IMG/VR virus record: IMGVR_UViG_3300032893_000030
Span: 9,454 to 73,453 of that record
DNA from: a virus
Strand: one strand, 5' to 3'
Length of the DNA: 64,000 nucleotides
The position numbers and the translations under genes were made by a program. The notes under the pieces are model-generated. The model made no database searches and was not told where the DNA came from. It saw only the letters and a list, made by a program, of their open reading frames with translations. Below, piece by piece: positions 57,906 to 64,000 of this stretch. Each line of letters opens with the position of its first letter. The first letter of the stretch is position 1.

Positions 57906-59829
57906 TAATGTGGATACTACCGCCAGCGATCAAAGCATCATTTCGTTCTGCACGGGGATTGGAGGACTTGAACGAGGAATTGCCCTTGGTGGGTGTCGCG
58001 TTAAGCCAGTCTGCTATGTGGAGATCGAAGCCGTCCTCTGCGAAAACATGGTTGCAGCGATGCAAGCGGGCGCGATGGATGCAGCGCCTATCTGGACGGA
58101 TCTTAAGACTTTCCCTGCACGACAGTTTCACGGACTGGTGGACGGCATCATTGGCGGCTACCCGTGTCAGCCCTTCAGTTTGGCCGGCAAGCGAAAAGGA
58201 ACTGACGATCCGCGACACCTTTGGCCGTTTATACGAACTTATGTCGCGGCAATACGACCTGTTTGGTGCTACTTCGAAAACGTCGATGACCACATCACCA
58301 TGGGATTCGATCTTGTTTACAAGGACTTATCGGCGATGGGTTACCGCGTTGAGGCTGGAATATTCTCAGCGGCAGAGGTTGGCGCGCCACATGAACGACA
58401 GCGGCTATTCATACTGGCTGTCGCCCAGGGCGAGCGAGATCCCCGAAGACTACGCGCAATATCTGGCGCGTATGCGCGCTTCGAACAACCCGAAGAACAA
58501 CACCAAGACCAAGGAAGGGAATCTATCGATGCAGGTGTACCGGCAGTGGCCGACATCGCATGCGAGTCCGCAGGAGAACCGGTCGATGGGCGAGACTCCG
58601 AGTCAGAAGCAGGGCAAACACGGGGGATATCTGGCCAGCGAGGCGGACAAGTGGACCACCCCGACATCGCACCAGCAGAACACACAGTATCAGCAGGGCG
58701 GCACTCCGCTTCAGGCGCAGGTGAACCAGAAGAAGTGGAAGACGCCGGGAGCCAGCGAGACGGAGGGCGGGGCGATGAAGGAGTTGACGGGGGACGCGAA
58801 GTACAAGCTCAGGGATCAGGTGAATTGGCCGACACCGGATACATTCGACAAGGGGAATCCGAACATAAATCAGAAGAGCAACAAAAAGAACATACCGAAG
58901 AATTTTCACGAAGCAATAAACTGGCCGACCGCGAGCGCGCGGGACTTCAAGGACACACCGGGGATGAGTATGGATCGGGACGGGAAGGAACTTGGGAGGG
59001 TAGATCAACTGGCGCGGTCGGTTTACCACCATGGCCAGCCGGACCAGGAGAACAGCAGTACGAGTGGGAATACCCACGAACTAAACCGAGGCCGATTAAA
59101 CCCAGCGTGGGTAGCACAACTTATGGGGATGAGAATTCAAACAATTTGGTTTCTGTAAATTATGTGGCCTACACCACCAATAAAACAAGGACCATTGAAG
59201 AACTGCACAGGGTGTGGCAAGCAATTGATCAGAAAGCGGTTCAAGGATGGTCGATTGGAAGATTACAGTGTTTTTTTGAGGAGGAAATTCTGCAATCGGG
59301 AGTGTTACAAAAATTTTCTCCGTTCGGGATACATTCATCCGCTGACGGCAAGAAAATATTCAAGAGAATTCAGAACGGAGGCATGCGAGATGTGCGGCAC
59401 GGACCACTTGTTGGGGATACATCACAAAGACAGGAATATTTGGAACAACTCCGAGGAGAATTTGCAGACGCTATGTGCATCCTGTCATACGAAATTACAT
59501 TGGCAAGAAGGCAAGAAAGGCCGACCAGCGATAGCAGTGAAGGCATGCAGCGTTTGTGGGATAGTCTCAAAGACGCGTGGTGGGATGTGCCAGAAACATT
59601 ATCAGCGATTCAAGCGGCATGGAAGCCCGTTTCTGAAAAAAATAATTGGCAAGAACAGATTGCAAGTGCTTATAGAAGTTACAGATTAGAATTTAACGAT
59701 GAATTCAGAGAAGATATTTTAAGAGCACTTGGAAACGCAGTAGTGCCGGCACAGGCCGCGAAGGCATGGATAGAATTATGGGAGAAATTTTTAACCAATG
59801 AAGACGCTTACAATTCGCGAAAAAGGTGA
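57898..59829 (+). CDS. DNA (cytosine-5)-methyltransferase, mosaic/disrupted (frameshift at CCCC run; HNH gene inserted in motif IX)
   Basis: Frame of 57898 (TTG, or GTG 57910) carries motif I FCTGIGG, motif IV GGYPCQPFSLAGKRKG, motif VI ENV and motif VIII GAPHERQRLFILA, up to about 58440. The +1 frame then carries six W-x-TP repeats and RLNPAWVAQLMGM (motif IX-like) until TAA 59158. Motif X (ILRALGNAVVPAQAAKAW) is back in the first frame at 59690-59829. The 643 aa ORF stays open throughout only because the out-of-frame middle is GA-rich low complexity. Confidence 0.6.
   Translation: MSNNVDTTASDQSIISFCTGIGGLERGIALGGCRVKPVCYVEIEAVLCENMVAAMQAGAMDAAPIWTDLKTFPARQFHGLVDGIIGGYPCQPFSLAGKRKGTDDPRHLWPFIRTYVAAIRPVWCYFENVDDHITMGFDLVYKDLSAMGYRVEAGIFSAAEVGAPHERQRLFILAVAQGERDPRRLRAISGAYARFEQPEEQHQDQGRESIDAGVPAVADIACESAGEPVDGRDSESEAGQTRGISGQRGGQVDHPDIAPAEHTVSAGRHSASGAGEPEEVEDAGSQRDGGRGDEGVDGGREVQAQGSGELADTGYIRQGESEHKSEEQQKEHTEEFSRSNKLADRERAGLQGHTGDEYGSGREGTWEGRSTGAVGLPPWPAGPGEQQYEWEYPRTKPRPIKPSVGSTTYGDENSNNLVSVNYVAYTTNKTRTIEELHRVWQAIDQKAVQGWSIGRLQCFFEEEILQSGVLQKFSPFGIHSSADGKKIFKRIQNGGMRDVRHGPLVGDTSQRQEYLEQLRGEFADAMCILSYEITLARRQERPTSDSSEGMQRLWDSLKDAWWDVPETLSAIQAAWKPVSEKNNWQEQIASAYRSYRLEFNDEFREDILRALGNAVVPAQAAKAWIELWEKFLTNEDAYNSRKR
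59162..59689 (+). CDS. HNH homing endonuclease inserted within the C5-methyltransferase gene
   Basis: 175 aa. CEMCGTDHLLGIHHKDRNIWNNSEENLQTLCASCHTKLH is a complete HNH motif. C-terminal CSVCG...GMCQKHYQRFKRHG zinc module typical of phage HNH enzymes. GC content drops sharply at about 59100 relative to the flanking methyltransferase sequence. Confidence 0.8.
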   Translation: MWPTPPIKQGPLKNCTGCGKQLIRKRFKDGRLEDYSVFLRRKFCNRECYKNFLRSGYIHPLTARKYSREFRTEACEMCGTDHLLGIHHKDRNIWNNSEENLQTLCASCHTKLHWQEGKKGRPAIAVKACSVCGIVSKTRGGMCQKHYQRFKRHGSPFLKKIIGKNRLQVLIEVTD

Positions 59830-60124
59830 CCGTGTATTCTTCCTTGATTCCGAGGGATTCAAGGAGGGGTATGTGCATAGTGTGATCATGACTAGTGACA
59901 GCCAGGTCGAGTACAGGGTAAAGGTCAAAGATGATGCCGCTGTCTACGGAGGATATCCTAGGCTTCCAGATCAACTCTGGGATTCGGCTGAAGAGATGGT
60001 GTGGCACTATGCGAAGAAGATTGGGGTTCTGAAAGAGCATCTCAAACTCAAAGAAATCAAGGAACTTCTTACCCGTCTTGAAGCGACAATCAAAAGATAT
60101 CATGAAGCATCTACCCCTATCTAG
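59798..60124 (+). CDS. hypothetical protein
   Basis: 108 aa. Overlaps the methyltransferase 3' end by 32 nt. Confidence 0.4.
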   Translation: MKTLTIREKGDRVFFLDSEGFKEGYVHSVIMTSDSQVEYRVKVKDDAAVYGGYPRLPDQLWDSAEEMVWHYAKKIGVLKEHLKLKEIKELLTRLEATIKRYHEASTPI

Positions 60125-60275
60125 TGATATGACTGAAGAAGACTACGGAGAAGAGAACTACGAGCAAGAGGCGATGAATACTGGAATCTCTGCGCTGTTT
60201 TGGATCATGCTCGGTTGCGCATTGCTTGGGGCACTGGCATGGATGTGCGGTCAGATAATGGCTACGAAGATATGA
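60078..60275 (+). CDS. small membrane protein
   Basis: 65 aa. Acidic N-terminus, then one TM helix (ISALFWIMLGCALLGALAWMCGQIM). Confidence 0.35.
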   Translation: MKRQSKDIMKHLPLSSDMTEEDYGEENYEQEAMNTGISALFWIMLGCALLGALAWMCGQIMATKI

Positions 60276-60661
60276 GTGCGCACAGCTACACGGAAGGAAG
60301 TGAGGAGACGATGGGTATCACGGCATCAGGGCCGCTGAAGAAGGGAATCTTTTCTTTTAAGAAAGGCGACCACATTGATCACTTCTTTGATAAGGTTGGC
60401 CCAATGTGGTTTGATCTGTGGGACGATAAAGATGATCGGATAAACTGCGACTTTGAGATACAAGTTATCGTGAACCGCCGTGAAGAGAAAAAGATCACTC
60501 CGCAGAAAGTTGAACCGATAGTCAAAAAGCCGGTGACTTCAGAAGAAGCATGCGGCATCTGCTCAGGAACCGGTTACCGGTCAGCACTTGATGGCGGAGA
60601 TGGACGTAAGAAGTGCCTGGTGTGTAATGGGACGGGAAGAAAACGGGCGTTTAAACAGTAA
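60272..60661 (+). CDS. small protein with DnaJ-type CxxCxGxG zinc-finger repeats
   Basis: Start MSAHSYTEG (ATGA overlap; table ORF 60200). C-terminal CGICSGTGYRS...CLVCNGTGRK has two CxxCxGxG units, as in the DnaJ central domain. Confidence 0.45.
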   Translation: MSAHSYTEGSEETMGITASGPLKKGIFSFKKGDHIDHFFDKVGPMWFDLWDDKDDRINCDFEIQVIVNRREEKKITPQKVEPIVKKPVTSEEACGICSGTGYRSALDGGDGRKKCLVCNGTGRKRAFKQ

Positions 60662-60667
60662 GCGGAT

Positions 60668-60844
60668 ATGGGTATCAAGACTGAGAAAGCCTACATCGTG
60701 GTTTGCGACAAATGCGGAGATGGATTGGAGTTTGATGCGGAATATACTCCGGTGTTCTTCGACAGGGACGAGGCTAAACAGATAGCCATTGATTCCGACT
60801 GGGTATTTGTTGGAAGGAAATGTTTTTGTCCAGATTGCAAATAA
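60668..60844 (+). CDS. small zinc-ribbon-like protein (58 aa, below ORF-table cutoff)
   Basis: MGIKTEKAYIVVCDKCGDGLEFDAE...GRKCFCPDCK. CxxC...CxxC pairs. Confidence 0.3.
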   Translation: MGIKTEKAYIVVCDKCGDGLEFDAEYTPVFFDRDEAKQIAIDSDWVFVGRKCFCPDCK

Positions 60845-60864
60845 GAAACTAAACAGGAGACAAA

Positions 60865-61029
60865 ATGAAAAGGGATGATGGTTATTATTGGGTAAAATCA
60901 AAAGAAAATAATTGGTGGATTATCGCTTATTGGTCACTTGAAATGAATTGCTTTTACGTGGATGGATTCTATACGCCTGAAGGTGACTTTCTCGAAATCA
61001 ACGAAACTAAACTTGAAGAACCAAAGTGA
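60865..61029 (+). CDS. small hypothetical protein (54 aa)
   Basis: Preceded by AGGAGA 5 nt upstream of the ATG. MKRDDGYYWVKSKENNWWIIAYWSLEMNCFYVDGFYTPEGDFLEINETKLEEPK. Confidence 0.35.
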   Translation: MKRDDGYYWVKSKENNWWIIAYWSLEMNCFYVDGFYTPEGDFLEINETKLEEPK

Positions 61030-61110
61030 AAACGAAATACTCACAAGCGGGTTGTATTAATTGTCCGCCCGCAAAACCTTACGAAATTATCAGATAACCC
61101 TACCCACGCC

Positions 61111-61284
61111 ATGACAGAGAAAGAAAAAATAGAATTGCCAAAATACAAATCAGTAGAGCAACAAATGCAGGATATCATTTATCATTTTGCGTCTGCCAGT
61201 GTCAACGGACTTCCTGCAATCCCGGAAAAGCATTTCAAAGATTTAGGAACAATGATTTTGAATAAATTAAGGATAAGCAAGTGA
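61111..61284 (+). CDS. small hypothetical protein (57 aa) sharing its start region with the 49 kb paralogue
   Basis: ATG preceded by AACCCTACCCACGCC, identical to the sequence upstream of the MTEEQ start of the - strand gene at 49474. GTGA overlap with the next gene. Confidence 0.35.
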   Translation: MTEKEKIELPKYKSVEQQMQDIIYHFASASVNGLPAIPEKHFKDLGTMILNKLRISK

Positions 61285-61709
61285 AACTGGATGAAGAGAA
61301 ACATGAGGCACCTGAAAATGGTCCTCCTACTGACGACCTTGAATCCTTAAAGAAGGAGAATGAGAATTGGAAACAAATTGCGAAGGACATTGAACACGCG
61401 AATCATGGATTAGAGAAGGAGAATCAAAACCTACGGCTGCAACTAGAAACAGCGGATAAGTGGAAGGACCAAAGATTGGAGTTGCAAAAAGAATACGATT
61501 CTAAAGTACAGTCGCATGAAAATCCAGACTGGCGTGAAGGATATTTTGATGGACTCAGAAGTTCATTGATCCAGCTTGAAATGATGGATGAAAAACTTTC
61601 TGTGTCGCGCGCGATCATTAAGGAATTGCTACGTGCGCGTGACACCCAAATGGGTAAAGTCAATTGGAATGTTTTAAATGCACTTCTGTCAGCACATGAA
61701 GAATTGTAA
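61281..61709 (+). CDS. coiled-coil protein, paralogue of 48992..49474
   Basis: GTG start. DDLESLKKENENW...LEKENQNLRLQLE and a C-terminal MGKVNWNVLNALLSAHE block shared with the 49 kb gene. Confidence 0.5.
   Translation: MKLDEEKHEAPENGPPTDDLESLKKENENWKQIAKDIEHANHGLEKENQNLRLQLETADKWKDQRLELQKEYDSKVQSHENPDWREGYFDGLRSSLIQLEMMDEKLSVSRAIIKELLRARDTQMGKVNWNVLNALLSAHEEL
61334..61444. repeat. inverted repeat copy B (two blocks 61334-61361 and 61414-61444 matching 49284-49331)
   Basis: 28 nt and 31 nt exact matches to the reverse complement of the 49.3 kb copy. Separated here by a 52 nt insert that duplicates GAGAAGGAGAAT. Confidence 0.7.
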
Positions 61710-61712
61710 ATA

Positions 61713-62255
61713 ATGAGTTGGATCAACGATCTTATCGGATATTTTACCAGAATCTTCCAATGGTGGATTGTGGTCATGCCATGGGAAAAAGCGATTCGTG
61801 TGCGTTTTGGTAAGCGGCTTACGATTTTATCAGCGGGAGTTCATTTCAAGATTCCATTCTTTGATGCAATTTATCTCCAGTCTGATCGCTTGCGCGTGGT
61901 CACTATGTCACCGCAGACTATCGCCACTAAGGATGGAAAGACATTAACGCTTGTGACATGTGTGGGTTATTCAATCTCTGATATCGAAAAACTTTATCGC
62001 AAGATGTTTGCGCCAGAGGTCACAATTTCCAACATGGCGATGGGTGCAATTTCAGAATACATTTTCAATCATAATCTTGTGGATTGCGAACCAAGTCAGA
62101 TTGAGAATCATATCAATAAAGTTTTGAACAATGATGATTACGGAATCCGATATGAATATTTCAGAGTGCTTGGTTATGCCATTGTGCGCACTTATCGGAT
62201 AATTCAGGATTCCCATTGGTCACCAGACAATCTCAATACAACTACCAAACAATGA
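61713..62255 (+). CDS. SPFH/band-7 (stomatin/prohibitin-like) domain protein
   Basis: 180 aa. N-terminal hydrophobic segment. EKAIRVRFGKRLTILSAGVHFKIPFFDAIYLQSDRLRV...TKDGKTLTLV follows the SPFH domain pattern. Confidence 0.55.
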   Translation: MSWINDLIGYFTRIFQWWIVVMPWEKAIRVRFGKRLTILSAGVHFKIPFFDAIYLQSDRLRVVTMSPQTIATKDGKTLTLVTCVGYSISDIEKLYRKMFAPEVTISNMAMGAISEYIFNHNLVDCEPSQIENHINKVLNNDDYGIRYEYFRVLGYAIVRTYRIIQDSHWSPDNLNTTTKQ

Positions 62256-62626
62256 ACAAAATCGAAATTGTTATTCAAAGTAAAGACACTCCAAAAGACC
62301 TGTACCGAAAAGGAAAAATCTCGGACGGCCTGACGGTGGCAATCATGGAGAAAGCAACGGAGAGCGGTCAGATGGCCGTTGAGTTTCTGATCAGCATTGA
62401 CGGCCATGTGACAAGTGCCGTGGTCACTGAAAATAATTTTGAATCACTTATGGGTGCATTCCTTGGCGCGCGGGCAATGTGGGGGAGATTACCGAAAGAT
62501 GAGTTTGAACTCGTCCGATATTATGTCGGTTACTGTGTCGATAAATTCGTAAAGGCAATTCCTGATGACAGTAAATTCACCAAATCAGAGTTCGCTGATT
62601 TTTTACGTGACAAAGTAAAAATATGA
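62252..62626 (+). CDS. hypothetical protein
   Basis: Start MNKIEIV (ATGA overlap with the SPFH gene). Table ORF 62216 is a longer alternative. Confidence 0.4.
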   Translation: MNKIEIVIQSKDTPKDLYRKGKISDGLTVAIMEKATESGQMAVEFLISIDGHVTSAVVTENNFESLMGAFLGARAMWGRLPKDEFELVRYYVGYCVDKFVKAIPDDSKFTKSEFADFLRDKVKI

Positions 62627-62973
62627 GACGCATCACCGCATATCTTGAAGACAGGGAATTTGAGTTGATCAGCCAGGCTGTTCCGGATGGGAAGAGTTTG
62701 AGTAGCTGGGCGAAGGAAGTGATGATGGAGCGGGCGAATAGCCTGAACATAGCCTCCAGGCGCGCGCGCGATTATGAGTTTGAGTTGACAGATGGTTCTA
62801 CGTTTATTGAGGAGGGAGCAACAGCGGCAGAAGCGTATATGAGGAAGATGATTAACGACAAGGACTTTTCTTTGCTTAACCAGTGGCGTATGGTAGGTGA
62901 TGCGTTCTGGAGTCAGGGATTAAATGTTTGGAGTCATGGATTGACTGTAACGGGTAATTCGCTAGGTGTATGA
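62623..62973 (+). CDS. hypothetical protein
   Basis: 116 aa. ATGA overlaps at both ends. Confidence 0.4.
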   Translation: MRRITAYLEDREFELISQAVPDGKSLSSWAKEVMMERANSLNIASRRARDYEFELTDGSTFIEEGATAAEAYMRKMINDKDFSLLNQWRMVGDAFWSQGLNVWSHGLTVTGNSLGV

Positions 62974-63644
62974 CGGAGCATCCGATCATATTTTCAACAC
63001 CCATGGTCCAAGCCATTCTGGAAGGACGCAAGACGATGACTAGGCGCATTATCGGCAATGGGATTAATTTCCTCCCCGATGATACCGAATTTCTGCGCTT
63101 TCAAAATTACGCGGATGGAACCTGCAGGGCTATATTCCACAATGGTGATGAACCGGGAAATGTCAAATGCCCGTATGGAAAAGCGGGTGACATTCTGTGG
63201 GTGCGCGAAACATGGTCTAAGACCAACCGAAAAGAAGTAATTATTTTTAAAGCACCTGAAATGCCGGAGCCAACTGCATTCAGGTGGAAACCATCCATTC
63301 ACATGCCGCGAAAATTCGCGCGTATCTTCCTGCGTATTGATCGCATTGGAGTCGAACGATTGCAAGCGATAAGTCCTGATGATGTAAAAAAAGAGGGCGT
63401 TCGGTATCGGGTTATTGAGAAAGGCAGTGACATGGTTTCTCCATTATGGCGTTCTGGTGACAACGGAGCAATTGAGTTTATGCCAAAAGGATTTAAGGAT
63501 CGCCCGCTGAATGCTGACGAATTGATGTACGCGCACTGGGCTGAACTCTGGTGTGACATCAACGGACGTGCGTCCTGGGATGCAAACCCGTGGGTGTGGG
63601 TAGTGGAATTTTCGGTAATAAGCACAAATGAGAAATTAAAATGA
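62970..63644 (+). CDS. ASCH/PUA-like domain protein
   Basis: 224 aa. N-terminal PMVQAILEGRKTMTRR matches the conserved start of phage ASCH-domain proteins. Confidence 0.5.
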   Translation: MTEHPIIFSTPMVQAILEGRKTMTRRIIGNGINFLPDDTEFLRFQNYADGTCRAIFHNGDEPGNVKCPYGKAGDILWVRETWSKTNRKEVIIFKAPEMPEPTAFRWKPSIHMPRKFARIFLRIDRIGVERLQAISPDDVKKEGVRYRVIEKGSDMVSPLWRSGDNGAIEFMPKGFKDRPLNADELMYAHWAELWCDINGRASWDANPWVWVVEFSVISTNEKLK

Positions 63645-63961
63645 CTTTCTACGTACCATCAGATAAAGAAGCGCGGATTGACGAGTTCGTCAAGAGCCTT
63701 GGTATTTCGCGCAGCGCGTGGATCATGGGATTGATCGACAAGGAACTACAAGCGCATCAAGACCTACCCAAGAAGTCCTTTCGCTTCAATATGCGGGACG
63801 GATCCCGCAGGATCATTGCAGCAACTACACCTGCGCAGGCCGTGCAGATACTTGGTAATCCGGCATGGACAAGCTGGCGGGAAGTGGAAGAAAATCCTAT
63901 TGTGGATAGACAGGAACCAATAGTCTCTCGACCGGTAAAAGATGAACTGACATTCTTATGA
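63641..63961 (+). CDS. putative ribbon-helix-helix/DNA-binding small protein
   Basis: 106 aa. EARIDEFVKSLGISRSAWIMGLIDKEL resembles the RHH/Arc-MetJ N-terminal beta-strand plus helix. Confidence 0.4.
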   Translation: MTFYVPSDKEARIDEFVKSLGISRSAWIMGLIDKELQAHQDLPKKSFRFNMRDGSRRIIAATTPAQAVQILGNPAWTSWREVEENPIVDRQEPIVSRPVKDELTFL

Positions 63962-64000
63962 CAAAGCCTGTGATCAAACCGAGAGTCTGTGAGCATGATT
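63958..64000 (+). CDS. hypothetical protein, N-terminal fragment (runs off window)
   Basis: ATGA overlap. MTKPVIKPRVCEHD... Confidence 0.3.
   Translation, partial: MTKPVIKPRVCEHD

Noticed and set aside
57908-59158. 416 aa +1-frame ORF treated as an independent gene
   Set aside because: Only its 3' two-thirds (from about 58440) look coding, with W-x-TP repeats and motif IX. The 5' third is out-of-frame translation of the methyltransferase catalytic domain. It is better explained as the continuation of the MTase after a 1 nt insertion in a CCCC run.
59100-59700. Group I intron carrying the HNH gene inside the methyltransferase
   Set aside because: Only about 15 nt and about 3 nt of non-ORF sequence flank the HNH reading frame between the two MTase segments. 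That is too little for a self-splicing intron core unless the intron structure is embedded in the ORF. A direct HEG insertion is more parsimonious. Not excluded without RNA data.
1-64000. CRISPR arrays, rRNA genes, integrase/transposase/IS elements
   Set aside because: No spaced direct repeats of CRISPR type, no rRNA-like conserved stretches, and no tyrosine or serine recombinase or DDE transposase motifs were seen in any ORF.

Overview
The window reads as a contiguous piece of a tailed dsDNA bacteriophage (or prophage) genome. Genes are tightly packed, with many ATGA/TAATG start-stop overlaps, long co-directional blocks and few clear Shine-Dalgarno sites. No rRNA, tRNA, CRISPR array or obvious integrase/transposase was found.

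Layout:
- 1-4.8 kb, + strand: DNA-metabolism genes. These are a PD-(D/E)XK nuclease, a free-standing HNH endonuclease, SSB, a VRR-NUC nuclease, and a phage-encoded chaperonin pair (GroEL immediately followed by an overlapping GroES-like gene).
- 4.9-8.7 kb, - strand: a carbohydrate-modification cluster with a GT2 glycosyltransferase, a SAM methyltransferase, a DUF5672-like+GT9 fusion, and a second GT9-like heptosyltransferase homologue.
- 8.8-10.9 kb, + strand: small genes, including a protein that looks like a tandem duplication of the Cpn10/GroES fold. One of the small genes is bracketed by strong terminator hairpins.
- 10.9-48.6 kb, - strand: one long morphogenesis block. Right to left it contains terminase large subunit, a ~795 aa portal, scaffold and major capsid protein followed by a strong terminator. 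Further left are small structural proteins, a 1293 aa repeat-rich tail fibre, a signal-peptide lipoprotein with a LamG-like N-terminus and Asp-box (BNR) propeller, three small membrane proteins that look like a lysis cassette without an endolysin, several 640-1220 aa virion proteins, a second repeat-rich tail fibre, an embedded glycosyltransferase+methyltransferase pair, and a 1149 aa protein.
- A + strand HNH endonuclease gene lies antisense inside the 862 aa - strand ORF, whose C-terminus is a gamma-glutamyl-cyclotransferase/AIG2-like domain.
- 49-55.4 kb, - strand: a classic early-gene array of about 25 small ORFs. Recognisable ones are an XRE-family HTH regulator and a YopX protein.
- 55.4-56.0 kb: an AT-rich divergent control region with three copies of a GTAACC-GTAACCATG motif and a G-rich island.
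- 56-64 kb, + strand: begins with a GC-rich island (about 56.0-59.15 kb) that ends in a C5-cytosine DNA methyltransferase. That gene is mosaic: it is frameshifted at a CCCC run and split inside motif IX by an AT-richer HNH endonuclease gene. After it come small Zn-finger proteins, an SPFH/band-7 protein, an ASCH-like protein and an RHH-like protein.

Two paralogous coiled-coil genes, together with their conserved upstream motifs, form inverted DNA repeats at about 49.3-49.5 kb and 61.1-61.45 kb. These bracket the early region.

The host cannot be named from sequence alone. The heptosyltransferase-like enzymes, the lipoprotein and the spanin-like gene suggest a Gram-negative host. TAnnTTTG-like motifs and frequent non-SD starts are weakly compatible with a Bacteroidota-type host.
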